Virus record (IMG/VR): IMGVR_UViG_3300031466_000001 | Location: 148,289 to 212,288 of that record | Direction: 5' to 3' (one strand) | DNA length: 64,000 nt | Origin: a virus | Taxonomy: Duplodnaviria > Caudoviricetes | Shown here: positions 1 through 8,963 of the stretch, piece after piece | Position numbering within the stretch: the stretch's first letter is position 1 | Layout of the letters: each line of letters opens with the position of its first letter | Notes under the pieces: model-generated | The model's input: the letters and a program-made list of their open reading frames with translations, nothing else | The model's database searches: none | Told to the model about the DNA's origin: nothing | Made by a program: the position numbers and the translations under genes

Positions 1-621
1 AAGATCATACCATGTATGAAATAAGTCCAAAAGTTTTTTAAACGCTTCTATATATGGTTCTAGTTCAGTTCTTTGTATAAATTTAGGCTCTGCTTCTCCT
101 TTATTTTTCAAAAGCAAAATAGCAACCTGATCAACTTGTTTACCTTGTGATTCAAGTATCATACAATAAGCTGCTAGTTGTAAGAACATGGTTGCATAAA
201 ATCTCTTAGAGGTTTTATAATCCAAAATCGTATATTTATCATTTATAAGTCCATAGAAATCACAAGTGCCACCAAATCTATCCGAAACTAAAATTTGCTC
301 AGTAAAAATAGGTTCTACTTTATTTTTCTTATACCATGAAAGAAATGAATCAAAATACCTAATTACTGTTTGCTTATCTGAATAATCACCAATCCATATG
401 TAATAGTATTTCATTACAAAAGCTCTGACTATACCATGAACTAATGTACCAATTCGTGATGTTTCTTCGAGTACATTATCTACATTTATACCCCTAAAGC
501 CCATAATATTGGCCCATTTAGTTAGAAAAGGTTTATTTAATATCTTCAAAATAGTTGTCACACTTGGAACCTCTATACCATCTTGATTAACATAGATGGT
601 ATGATCTTTACTATATTTCAT
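1..621 (-). CDS. PD-(D/E)XK exonuclease-like protein (Cas4/RecB-like phage nuclease), truncated at window edge
   Basis: Not in the ORF track because it runs off the edge. Manual translation from ATG at 621: MKYSKDHTIYVNQDGIEVPSVTTIL...GTLVH...FGGTCDFYG...ILDYKTS...LQLAAY, the typical PSVT / GTxxH / GxxD / DYKT / QLAAY motifs. Confidence 0.8.
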   Translation of the reverse strand, partial: MKYSKDHTIYVNQDGIEVPSVTTILKILNKPFLTKWANIMGFRGINVDNVLEETSRIGTLVHGIVRAFVMKYYYIWIGDYSDKQTVIRYFDSFLSWYKKNKVEPIFTEQILVSDRFGGTCDFYGLINDKYTILDYKTSKRFYATMFLQLAAYCMILESQGKQVDQVAILLLKNKGEAEPKFIQRTELEPYIEAFKKLLDLFHTWYDL

Positions 622-635
622 TCTACTCATCCTCT

Positions 636-776
636 TCAAACTGATCTACTTTTATCCTTATTATTATCTGTAGTATACGGGTTCGGATTTGTCTTTTTAC
701 AGTAGTAACAACCATAGCTCTTAACATATGGGTTATTTTTTAAACATCTTTCATTGATGAATGGATTCTTTACCAT
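636..776 (-). CDS. small hypothetical protein (46 aa, CxxC)
   Basis: Manual ORF MVKNPFINERCL...GCYYCKK... with a GAGGTG RBS; it fills the gap between two genes. Confidence 0.4.
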   Translation of the reverse strand: MVKNPFINERCLKNNPYVKSYGCYYCKKTNPNPYTTDNNKDKSRSV

Positions 777-790
777 TTTTGACACCTCAA

Positions 791-1250
791 TTATAGTATA
801 ACATTCAATATTCTCAACGACTTCTTCTTAACGTCTTCGTTAATTTTTTTAGTATGATCGCACCAAGCAAGATTTGTATATGTAAACTCACCCATATATT
901 GGTTATCGTCTATTATGACAAAATTCTTTACAATGTTTTTATTCTGATCCAACCATTGGCGTATTTCAATAGGTCGAATAGTTTTATCCATTTCTTGAAC
1001 TAAAATAGGCGTACAGCCTATAAATTTATCAACAAGTCCATATTTTCCCAATTCTTCTTTAATTGCCTCTATTGCCCATTCAAAATGGCGCCAATTGGAC
1101 GAAATAACTATCCTAGCATCAGCTTCATGTACTATTTCTTTCAAATATTTCATAGCATGTTGTTCGAATGTAATATATCCTCTCTTGTTGGGCGATAGCA
1201 TCATTTATCACCCCGTCTATATCCAAAAATATTATATTCAATCTATCCAT
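791..1250 (-). pseudogene. HAD-superfamily (HAD_SAK_2-like) hydrolase split by a +1 frameshift
   Basis: RBS GGTGGAG + ATG at 1250 gives MDRLNIIFLDIDGVIN (HAD motif I), which stops after 41 aa. The remainder (IVISSNWR...FVIIDD) is in the 791..1204 frame. An intact paralog lies at 31065..31529. Confidence 0.7.
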
Positions 1251-1384
1251 TTTCTCCACCGACTCTCTATGTCGACTCCATAAAGTAACCTTACAATAAA
1301 GTTGAGAATAAAATTTATTAGTAGAAATTTTAATATCAAAATCTTATAACCCATGTGGGAGAATTAATAACTACGGTCTTCTTT

Positions 1385-1396
1385 AACAATCTATTA
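1385..1396 (+). promoter_or_regulatory. putative late phage promoter AACA-N6-TA
   Basis: AACAatctatTA 30 bp upstream of 1427; the motif recurs upstream of structural genes (see findings). Confidence 0.5.
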
Positions 1397-1426
1397 ATAT
1401 TAATCTGAGAAAGGTGGCTTAAAAGG

Positions 1427-2377
1427 ATGGCGACAAAATCTGCCGAATCAACCTTTGTATACAGGAATCTCAATTCCGGTGATGCCCTTAGTTTGGCAGT
1501 CTTAAATATTATTCAAAACGGTATTCCTCTTACAAAAATTAATCTTGAAGAAGCATTTATCATTATCAATAAAAACTTCAAGTATCCTCTGAAACTTAAG
1601 GTTTTAGAAGCGGTTGAAGATGGTACTATTCGTCTTATCTACTCTCCAACAAAAACCAGAGTCCCGACATGTCTTCCGTTTTTCTTAACTAAAGATCAAA
1701 GTGGTAAAATTGTGGCCTTTGTCCTCGTTGACCTCTACGGAAGACTTAACCCGGATACGATGGTTGTAAATATTGATCCGAAAAAGCTTTATACTATTAT
1801 GGAGGCCGCTCTGTTAGCCATTACCTACCATCAAAGACATAGGGAAATTTCTAAACGTAACATTATCATCACCAATGGTGCCTTGATTTATTCTAACATG
1901 TTTGCTAGGGTCCTTAATAAGAAATATGCACTCAATGCAGACAAAAGTAGGTTACACAAAGTCCAGTTCCTTGCTTCTAAATTCTATATGCTTAACGTTC
2001 TTGGATTGGAAGACAATGATATTACTCTTAACTATGCTCTCAAAAGTGTACCAAACGGTAATGTTTTCCAACTGAGAGAAGTTAACTCTGCTTTTGATGA
2101 CAAAAACTATGAGGATCTGGGGACTTTTATTAAAGGTCTTACTGATCCTAATCTGAATCTTGGTCTCAAGGACCTTACAGTTAGAGGTTATCTTGAGGCA
2201 TTCATCACGATGTACGACGGATCTGCTTTATTTGCTCTCGAACTCTTCCCGTACTTTGTATACACAGTTAATTCCGTAATAAATGGTGCATACCTCAATA
2301 ATCAATATGTGCTTGAAGACATTGTTGATAAACATGGTGCTAAAATTTATGTCGATCTTATCGACTTTGTCCGCTAA
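1427..2377 (+). CDS. conserved jumbo-phage hypothetical protein (probably late/virion-associated)
   Basis: 316-aa ORF with RBS, late-type motif upstream and a terminator downstream. Confidence 0.7.
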   Translation: MATKSAESTFVYRNLNSGDALSLAVLNIIQNGIPLTKINLEEAFIIINKNFKYPLKLKVLEAVEDGTIRLIYSPTKTRVPTCLPFFLTKDQSGKIVAFVLVDLYGRLNPDTMVVNIDPKKLYTIMEAALLAITYHQRHREISKRNIIITNGALIYSNMFARVLNKKYALNADKSRLHKVQFLASKFYMLNVLGLEDNDITLNYALKSVPNGNVFQLREVNSAFDDKNYEDLGTFIKGLTDPNLNLGLKDLTVRGYLEAFITMYDGSALFALELFPYFVYTVNSVINGAYLNNQYVLEDIVDKHGAKIYVDLIDFVR

Positions 2378-2386
2378 ATAAAGGAA

Positions 2387-2445
2387 ATGTGCATAAGGAC
2401 AAGGGCTTAGAGTCATTATAGCCCGTCCTTATGCACATCTTTTTT
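2387..2445 (+). terminator. long intrinsic terminator
   Basis: ATGTGCATAAGGAC..GGGCT-loop-AGCCC GTCCTTATGCACAT followed by a T-run. Confidence 0.75.
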
Positions 2446-2621
2446 GTACATTTACGTAATAAAAAAAAGTATAACTATATTTTTCATTTTATTTTTTAAT
2501 AAGAAAGGGGAGGTTGAAAATGAAAAAATAATTATTTAGTCCCCCTATAATAAATAATTATTCCATGTAGCCCCCAGATTACCCTCGGGAGGTGCAGGAA
2601 TTAAAGTACATGTAATAATGA

Positions 2622-2978
2622 TTGAAGCCTATGGACATGTACAGAGAGAAAAAAATGTCGGAGGGGAGCGCGAGTGTTATGGTCGATCCATCAACTGTCG
2701 GGGGCTGGGCTGAACTCATCGACAAGTATGGTTTTGTCTTAATTTTTGCAATCGTAAGTGGTGTGATCAACCTTTATTTTGTAACTCAAATTATACGAGG
2801 AAAACTTGTTCCTTATAGTATCCATAAGAGAAGTCTAGAGGAAGCTGATAGACTTCAAAAATCCATGGAAAAAGAACGTGCTCAGTACATGTCTAAATTG
2901 TTAGAATTTATGGGCGGACTTAAGCCTCATAAGGGGGACCCAAACAATGATGGAAAATATAGTGAGAGGTCAAAATGA
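2622..2978 (+). CDS. single-TM membrane protein with coiled-coil C-terminus (lysis-cassette accessory)
   Basis: Hydrophobic FVLIFAIVSGVINLYFV segment; first gene of an overlapping operon that ends in the holin. True start may be downstream. Confidence 0.6.
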   Translation: MKPMDMYREKKMSEGSASVMVDPSTVGGWAELIDKYGFVLIFAIVSGVINLYFVTQIIRGKLVPYSIHKRSLEEADRLQKSMEKERAQYMSKLLEFMGGLKPHKGDPNNDGKYSERSK

Positions 2979-3165
2979 AAGTTTTCTCACTAGACTTCTA
3001 CTTAAATTCTCACCAGGACTGGCTAGGGAGAAACAAAAGGTAGATAGTATGTGTCATAAATCAGATATTATCATTAAGCAGTATTCTGAATTGAGTAAAG
3101 AAATTAGAGACGAGGTTGATAGAAACCACTTTTCGACATTGCTCAATTACGAAAAGAGAGCATAG
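2947..3165 (+). CDS. small hypothetical protein in lysis cassette
   Basis: 72-aa ORF overlapping the previous gene, AAGGGG RBS. Confidence 0.55.
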   Translation: MMENIVRGQNESFLTRLLLKFSPGLAREKQKVDSMCHKSDIIIKQYSELSKEIRDEVDRNHFSTLLNYEKRA

Positions 3166-3176
3166 TCATCTTCTAA

Positions 3177-3593
3177 ATGGGGGAGAAATACATGTTCCTA
3201 CTTATTCCTGAAGAATTTCTACCCCTAATGTTGTTAATCTACACCATAGAGTTTGCTCTAATAATTGCAGCATTAGTGTTTTTAATTGATCATCTAATAA
3301 TGAAATACAAAAAAGGTTTTATTAGTGTCTTTATGGGCACATTAGCAATTCATTTCATATCTTTGGGTATATCTACCCTATCTGCTTTTCTTATCAATAT
3401 TAGCGAGGAAAACAATTTTTCAGACAATATATTATTTCTTATCTGGTTACTGTTAATTTTATCGAACATTGTTATGAGTATAACTTTTCTTATTATGATC
3501 TTTTTCTTTATTACAAAAAGATTTGACATCTACATCACTAAATTGAGGAATGTAAATACATTAAAGGAGGATGAGAAGGATGTTGACAAATGA
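3177..3593 (+). CDS. 3-TM membrane protein (holin/antiholin-like)
   Basis: Three long hydrophobic helices and a charged C-terminal tail; overlaps the holin. Confidence 0.6.
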   Translation: MGEKYMFLLIPEEFLPLMLLIYTIEFALIIAALVFLIDHLIMKYKKGFISVFMGTLAIHFISLGISTLSAFLINISEENNFSDNILFLIWLLLILSNIVMSITFLIMIFFFITKRFDIYITKLRNVNTLKEDEKDVDK

Positions 3594-3873
3594 GTACAAC
3601 GATCTCATTACGCTGATCGCAGAGAATCCCGATCTTGCTCTGATCCCTATTGCTTTGCTCATCGGTAAAGCGGTAAAAATGAGCAAGATTAAGGACGAAT
3701 TTATTCCGATCATCGTACTCGTAATTTCTTCGATCATTGGGTTTTTGATCGGAGGAGCGGATACCATTGCTGCTATCAAAGGTCTTGTCGCTGGTTTTGT
3801 TGCAGTTGGCGGCACTAGTGCTCTCAAACAACTTAACAAAGCTTCTTCCAATAGAAAAAATAATTCTGGATAG
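3571..3873 (+). CDS. phage holin (Bacillota type); likely start ATG 3580
   Basis: Three TM segments, KIKDEFIPII...AIKGLVAGFVAVGG pattern, basic C-terminus, directly upstream of the endolysin. Confidence 0.75.
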   Translation: MRRMLTNEYNDLITLIAENPDLALIPIALLIGKAVKMSKIKDEFIPIIVLVISSIIGFLIGGADTIAAIKGLVAGFVAVGGTSALKQLNKASSNRKNNSG

Positions 3874-3973
3874 GAATAACACAATATAAGATGGATGGTC
3901 TCTGCTCTAATTGCGATCATCCATCTTATAAATAATTTTTTAACACATAATACTAAAAGAGGGAGGGATAAAA

Positions 3974-4999
3974 TTGGCAAATTATAAAGCAAAAGTTGCT
4001 TGGGATGCCGGACATCTTGAAGATACCTTCGAGGTGGAAGGTGGAAAAGGCGTTATTGTCAATGGTGAAAAATTTGAAGAACATTGGTTCAATCTTGCAG
4101 TAGCTAAGAAAGCTGCCGAACTTGGCAAATATAATGGTATTGAACCGGTGTTAACACATGAAGCTCTTGCTGGTAAATCTAAAGATAATCTAACGACTCG
4201 CACCAATAAAGCTAAATCTGAGAAAGTTGACCTCTTGTTCAGTATTCACGCTGATGCCAGCGGTAACGCAAATGCTAAAGGTCACTGGGTCTTCTACTGG
4301 CACGCTGATACCAAAGCCAAAAAGTTAGCTGAAATTTGGGATAAGTGGGCTGACAAACTTCTTCCCAATAACGACAGAAATACCGTAGCTTGTTCTCCTA
4401 ATTCGTGGGCAAACTTCCACATGTGTCGTGTTCCCGCTTCCTACGGTATTCCTGCAATCCTTATTGAACATGCATTTATGACAAACCTTGAAGATCTTGC
4501 TTATCTTAAAAGTGAGGAATTTCGTGATCTCTGTGCTGAAGCTGCAGTTCGTGCTGCTTGTGAGTATCTTGGTATTCCTTTTAGTAAACCTCCTGCATCT
4601 GCACCTACGAAACCTTTTGAAAAAGATCCGAGTGTCAAGTTCATTGACGTCCCCAAAGGTCATTGGGCAGTAAACGCTATCAAACTGGTTTCGGATGAAA
4701 GTATTATTAATGGTTTCACTGACGGGCGCTTCGGTATTGGTGAAGATGTGACCCGTGAACAACTGGCAGTTGTCATCTGCAATTTGATCACTAGTAGAAA
4801 GGTTAAGGTGATTAACATGGGTAAACCCACCAAATTCACGGATGTCCCCGACAATCACTGGGCAAAAACTTCTATTGACGTTGTAAGTGCTGCTGGTATC
4901 ATGGAGGGTTATCCCGACGGCCGTTTCGGTCTCGGCAATACCGTGAAACGCGAAGAACTTGCTGTGGTTGTTTCGAGACTTATTGATACTAAAAAATAA
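3974..4999 (+). CDS. endolysin: N-acetylmuramoyl-L-alanine amidase (Amidase_3) with two C-terminal SLH domains
   Basis: DAGH, E..N, SIHADA and PAILIEH zinc-amidase motifs; two FxDVPxxHWA...IxxGxxDGRFG...TREELAVV SLH repeats. Confidence 0.92.
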   Translation: MANYKAKVAWDAGHLEDTFEVEGGKGVIVNGEKFEEHWFNLAVAKKAAELGKYNGIEPVLTHEALAGKSKDNLTTRTNKAKSEKVDLLFSIHADASGNANAKGHWVFYWHADTKAKKLAEIWDKWADKLLPNNDRNTVACSPNSWANFHMCRVPASYGIPAILIEHAFMTNLEDLAYLKSEEFRDLCAEAAVRAACEYLGIPFSKPPASAPTKPFEKDPSVKFIDVPKGHWAVNAIKLVSDESIINGFTDGRFGIGEDVTREQLAVVICNLITSRKVKVINMGKPTKFTDVPDNHWAKTSIDVVSAAGIMEGYPDGRFGLGNTVKREELAVVVSRLIDTKK

Positions 5000-5000
5000 T

Positions 5001-5044
5001 AAAATAAAGGATATCGCCATAAGGTGATATCCTTTATTTTTTTC
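5001..5044 (+). terminator. intrinsic terminator
   Basis: AAAATAAAGGATATCGCC-ATAA-GGTGATATCCTTTATTTT followed by a T-run. Confidence 0.8.
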
Positions 5045-5077
5045 TAATCTTCTGTTTAGTAGAACTTTATAGTAAAT

Positions 5078-7750
5078 ATGTTTTATAGGAGGTCGGAAAA
5101 TATGAGCGGACAATATACTGGTCCAGATGAAATATTATATAAAGATGCAATGACATATGACACTTTTGAAGTAAAAGCTATGGAAGAAGCTCTCCATGAT
5201 CTGAAGATAAATGCATTTAAATATCTTTATGATGCACAGAAAGATCTGGCTGATGTGCATCGGTTTGATCTTAAGATGAGCGATCTGGTAAGGACAAAGG
5301 TAAAGAAAACTGATACCGGTTTCAATTCTTACGTAGGTTTCTTGAATAGAAATTTCATTACCGAAAAACAAAGACACGCTTTTAAACAATCTCAATTCTA
5401 CAACAGCGAAATTAGTATCCATGATACTGCAGCCAACCCAAGTTTATTTGCTTATACGTTTCTCGTGTTCATAAACGGGAAATTCTATGATAATATAAAG
5501 ATTTTTTGTGATGAAGATAAAACCTATCTAGTCTTCAATGTCATCACCAGTGGTACAGATGGAATACCTAAGGATCTTTTTGATAGTCTTCTTGCTGAAG
5601 ATGCCAACATTACCGTATTTTTTGTCCCCAACTGTGCTTACGGTATCTATACAACTAATAGATACGTTTTGCTTAAATATAAAGATAATCTTGCCTTGAA
5701 TAGATTCAATATTGAAAACAGCTTAGGTACTGAACAATCGTACCTGACTTTCATCAATGATAATGATCTTCTCTTCGAGGGTGTAGTAGTAAATACTGTA
5801 AAATCAGGAGATATGCTTAGATTTACTGATGAAAATATCAACGACTTCCAGAATAGATATGTGCATCTCAATATTTTTGGTTTTAGGCATTTACTTGATC
5901 AAATTGATTTACCGGGAACCCAAAAATTCTTCTCATTACCTGTAATGGATATGCCGATACCTGTTGAAAATATGATTATCTTTAAAAACACGCCTGATGG
6001 AAAGAAAGTATTCGCGCATGATATTGAAACAAAGATGTATTATCCCAACGTGTATGAAATTTTAAATAATGACGATGATGAAGATCTTACTATCTATGTT
6101 TTTTATTTCGATGACACTCCAGTATCCGGAGGTTATCCTAAATATAAAGATGAAATTGCTCTCTACCGGGCAACTATGAATCTGACAGCGGACGATTACC
6201 CACTTAACGTTCCGGAAATTATCAAAAATTATGATCCTGAGTCATTGATCTATGGTATTAAAGATTTTATCAATTCTGAAGACCATCCTAATCATTTGAC
6301 GTATAAAGTAAATAAACTTAAGGAATGGATTAGAAAAGATCCATCAAGAATGGTCTCATATCTTATAAAGCAAGTTAATACTTCCAATTCGTTCTACATT
6401 GATTGCTCGGATATAAATCTGGCTGAAAAATATAGGACGAATAACTACAGTGAAGTTAAATATGAATATGAAAAGAAAGAATTTAATGAGCCTAGGTATG
6501 TTTTTGTCCTTCGGAGATATTATAATATCGATGAAATTTATTATCGATTCTTTATTGATGGTAATAACTATTATCCTGATGAGGTTTATGTCGATGATTT
6601 TTATGAATACTATTATATTCCTATTACTCTTATTACCAACACAAGTCTTATTGAAGTTGAGAAATTTGAAACCTTTGATCTTCATCAGGATATAGTATTT
6701 GATGAAGTTGATGAGAAAAAAGAAGTCGATCTCAATAAGAATATTCAAATTTATGCAAGCGATATCTTCTTTGTTAATTCTGAAACACAAGAATTTATTG
6801 ATAAATCGAAATTTAAAATATCGTATGTAGACGTTTTTGAAATAGAATTACCTACAAATTCATTCAAAAAGATACCAACTAAATTTTATGTGACTCTATT
6901 AGATCCATCCCTTGAAGGAGTTAATATTACTGTAAGAGTCAAGCAGTTCTTCCAGATTAAACACTATAAAATTAATAATGAAGAAGATAAAGGTGAAGCG
7001 TTCAATCTTATAATTGCAGCAGAAAACGATAAATCTAATATTAGAGTGTTTAAGAATGGGCGTCTTCTTCCCAATAACTATATTCATTTCTATCCATCTC
7101 TCACTTACGGTGGAACCAGCGTCGTTTTACCTGGTATTACTAGAGAAATTGGGGAAGAATATGTAGTGGACTACACACCGTATAAATATGAAGTCGTTTA
7201 TAGTGCTAACACTATACCCAATACTGGACTTATTGATCTGAGCGGTCTCATTGATAAACCGTTTGATCTGAAATGGTTTGATGTCTACGTCAATGGCAGA
7301 AAATTAACTAAAGATAATATTGAGATTATTTCATCGACGATTATTCTTGTGAAAAATGTACAAAGTGTAAAGAATTTTTATATCTATCAAAAGAACAGAG
7401 GTGCAGAATATTTTACCTTCGATATAAGTACTAATCCCGGATTTGATAATTTTATTTGGACAACTATTGAAGATTTTCGAGATGCATTTATGGAAGGTAA
7501 ACCTCTTCTCGATGACATTGAGCAAGATATTATCAGTGATATCGTTGATATTATATCCATTGAAAGATCTGCGTTCTTTGAAGAATTTATAAAAGCTATT
7601 AAAATAATTAATCCTGATTTATATCAGATTCCTGATATATATAAGACCAGATATTCGTCTATCTTTCAAGGTAACGTCGCTGTCTTAAATCCTGATGATA
7701 GTGATCCAATGGCTACCGGTCTTAAAGTTTTCCCCGATGAGGATTTATAA
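5078..7750 (+). CDS. large virion structural protein (baseplate-associated); likely start ATG 5102
   Basis: 890 aa, beta-rich with repeated VF(I/K/V)NG(K/R) motifs typical of jumbo-phage baseplate proteins; upstream of the tail-fibre genes. Confidence 0.6.
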   Translation: MFYRRSENMSGQYTGPDEILYKDAMTYDTFEVKAMEEALHDLKINAFKYLYDAQKDLADVHRFDLKMSDLVRTKVKKTDTGFNSYVGFLNRNFITEKQRHAFKQSQFYNSEISIHDTAANPSLFAYTFLVFINGKFYDNIKIFCDEDKTYLVFNVITSGTDGIPKDLFDSLLAEDANITVFFVPNCAYGIYTTNRYVLLKYKDNLALNRFNIENSLGTEQSYLTFINDNDLLFEGVVVNTVKSGDMLRFTDENINDFQNRYVHLNIFGFRHLLDQIDLPGTQKFFSLPVMDMPIPVENMIIFKNTPDGKKVFAHDIETKMYYPNVYEILNNDDDEDLTIYVFYFDDTPVSGGYPKYKDEIALYRATMNLTADDYPLNVPEIIKNYDPESLIYGIKDFINSEDHPNHLTYKVNKLKEWIRKDPSRMVSYLIKQVNTSNSFYIDCSDINLAEKYRTNNYSEVKYEYEKKEFNEPRYVFVLRRYYNIDEIYYRFFIDGNNYYPDEVYVDDFYEYYYIPITLITNTSLIEVEKFETFDLHQDIVFDEVDEKKEVDLNKNIQIYASDIFFVNSETQEFIDKSKFKISYVDVFEIELPTNSFKKIPTKFYVTLLDPSLEGVNITVRVKQFFQIKHYKINNEEDKGEAFNLIIAAENDKSNIRVFKNGRLLPNNYIHFYPSLTYGGTSVVLPGITREIGEEYVVDYTPYKYEVVYSANTIPNTGLIDLSGLIDKPFDLKWFDVYVNGRKLTKDNIEIISSTIILVKNVQSVKNFYIYQKNRGAEYFTFDISTNPGFDNFIWTTIEDFRDAFMEGKPLLDDIEQDIISDIVDIISIERSAFFEEFIKAIKIINPDLYQIPDIYKTRYSSIFQGNVAVLNPDDSDPMATGLKVFPDEDL

Positions 7751-7825
7751 TAAAGAAATAAGAGATCCCCTATACAAGTCTTTTGTATGGGGGGTTCTCT
7801 TTTTTGAAAACATTATAATAAATTA

Positions 7826-8476
7826 TTGGATGTCTGTGTAAAGGAGGATACAGTCATGGCTGATATGAATAGGTTTGCTGTTTCTGCTCTTAGTAGAGAC
7901 AGAAAGGCAGAAGCATTGCCTGAAGAACTATTAGTTCATAAACCGACAGGTCAAATGCTGATTAAAAGACCGGATGGTCGTATTATATCATATGATAAAA
8001 TTTCACGTCTTAAAACTCATATAGATTTTTTAGAATCCAGTCATAGTATTATTGGTATCGATGGTGATCTCTGTCTGTTGGAATTGGATCACATAGAACT
8101 ACCGAATACTGTACAATATGAATCTAATATACTTGACAACCCTCTTACTTTAGGCGATTCACCTGTATCGAAAATTTTAATATCCATGGATATTGATTGT
8201 ATGGAATTTGTAAATGGGGAAGCTTTTATCTTAAGAGATCTTCCAAGCATCAGGTTCGAATTCGAATTTGTTGATGAAAATGATCAAACTCATTCTGTAA
8301 CTAAAACTGTACCTCTAAATAAACTATCGACAAATATTTTTAATGTATTGAATTACAGTCCTAATTCTACGCCTATGAATGCAACACTAAATGGTATTTA
8401 CATTGAAGAAAATCCTTCTAACGTTGGTAAGGTTTTGGAAAATATACTGCATAGTATATTAATTATTTTAGAATAA
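7826..8476 (+). CDS. hypothetical structural protein; likely start ATG 7856
   Basis: AAGGAGG RBS before 7856; late-type motif at 7809-7820. Confidence 0.65.
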   Translation: MDVCVKEDTVMADMNRFAVSALSRDRKAEALPEELLVHKPTGQMLIKRPDGRIISYDKISRLKTHIDFLESSHSIIGIDGDLCLLELDHIELPNTVQYESNILDNPLTLGDSPVSKILISMDIDCMEFVNGEAFILRDLPSIRFEFEFVDENDQTHSVTKTVPLNKLSTNIFNVLNYSPNSTPMNATLNGIYIEENPSNVGKVLENILHSILIILE

Positions 8477-8495
8477 AAAGGCGGGTGATTTTTAT

Positions 8496-8930
8496 ATGGC
8501 AACTTTAAGAAAATTAAAAAACTTCAGCGAAAATAACCTAACAACATTGGATAAAATTATCGCTATAACTCTCGGAGATTCCGATATAGATTGGTATGAT
8601 GAAACCAAAATTTATAATGCCGATGATTTAATTATTAGGGTAAATCCTTCTACTGGGAAGAAGGAGATTTTATCTTGTAAAAAATCCGGGGCGACTGGTC
8701 CATTTGATATTAATGATTGGCAAGTTGTAAACATGACCAATATTTCATCAACTAGCGTAATCCCAGTATCTGAAGAAGAACCTCCGAATCCAAAACCGAA
8801 TATGATTTGGTTTAAAAATATGGGGGAGTCACCAGATTTCGGTGACAACATTATAATAATTATAGGTAATGTTAGTCTCGACGGAACAACCGAATTTTGG
8901 TTTGATTCCAATAACAGAGACGGCGAATAG
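8496..8930 (+). CDS. tail-fibre-associated structural protein
   Basis: WYDETKIYNADD...GPFDINDW and VSEEEPPNPKPNMIWF modules typical of tail-fibre parts. Confidence 0.6.
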   Translation: MATLRKLKNFSENNLTTLDKIIAITLGDSDIDWYDETKIYNADDLIIRVNPSTGKKEILSCKKSGATGPFDINDWQVVNMTNISSTSVIPVSEEEPPNPKPNMIWFKNMGESPDFGDNIIIIIGNVSLDGTTEFWFDSNNRDGE

Positions 8931-8963
8931 AAAAACAGTAAAAGAAAGGGGGTAAGATGAGAA

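Noticed and set aside
1-621. cas4 as part of a CRISPR-Cas system
   Set aside because: A stand-alone phage PD-(D/E)XK nuclease with no Fe-S cysteine cluster, other cas genes or array nearby.
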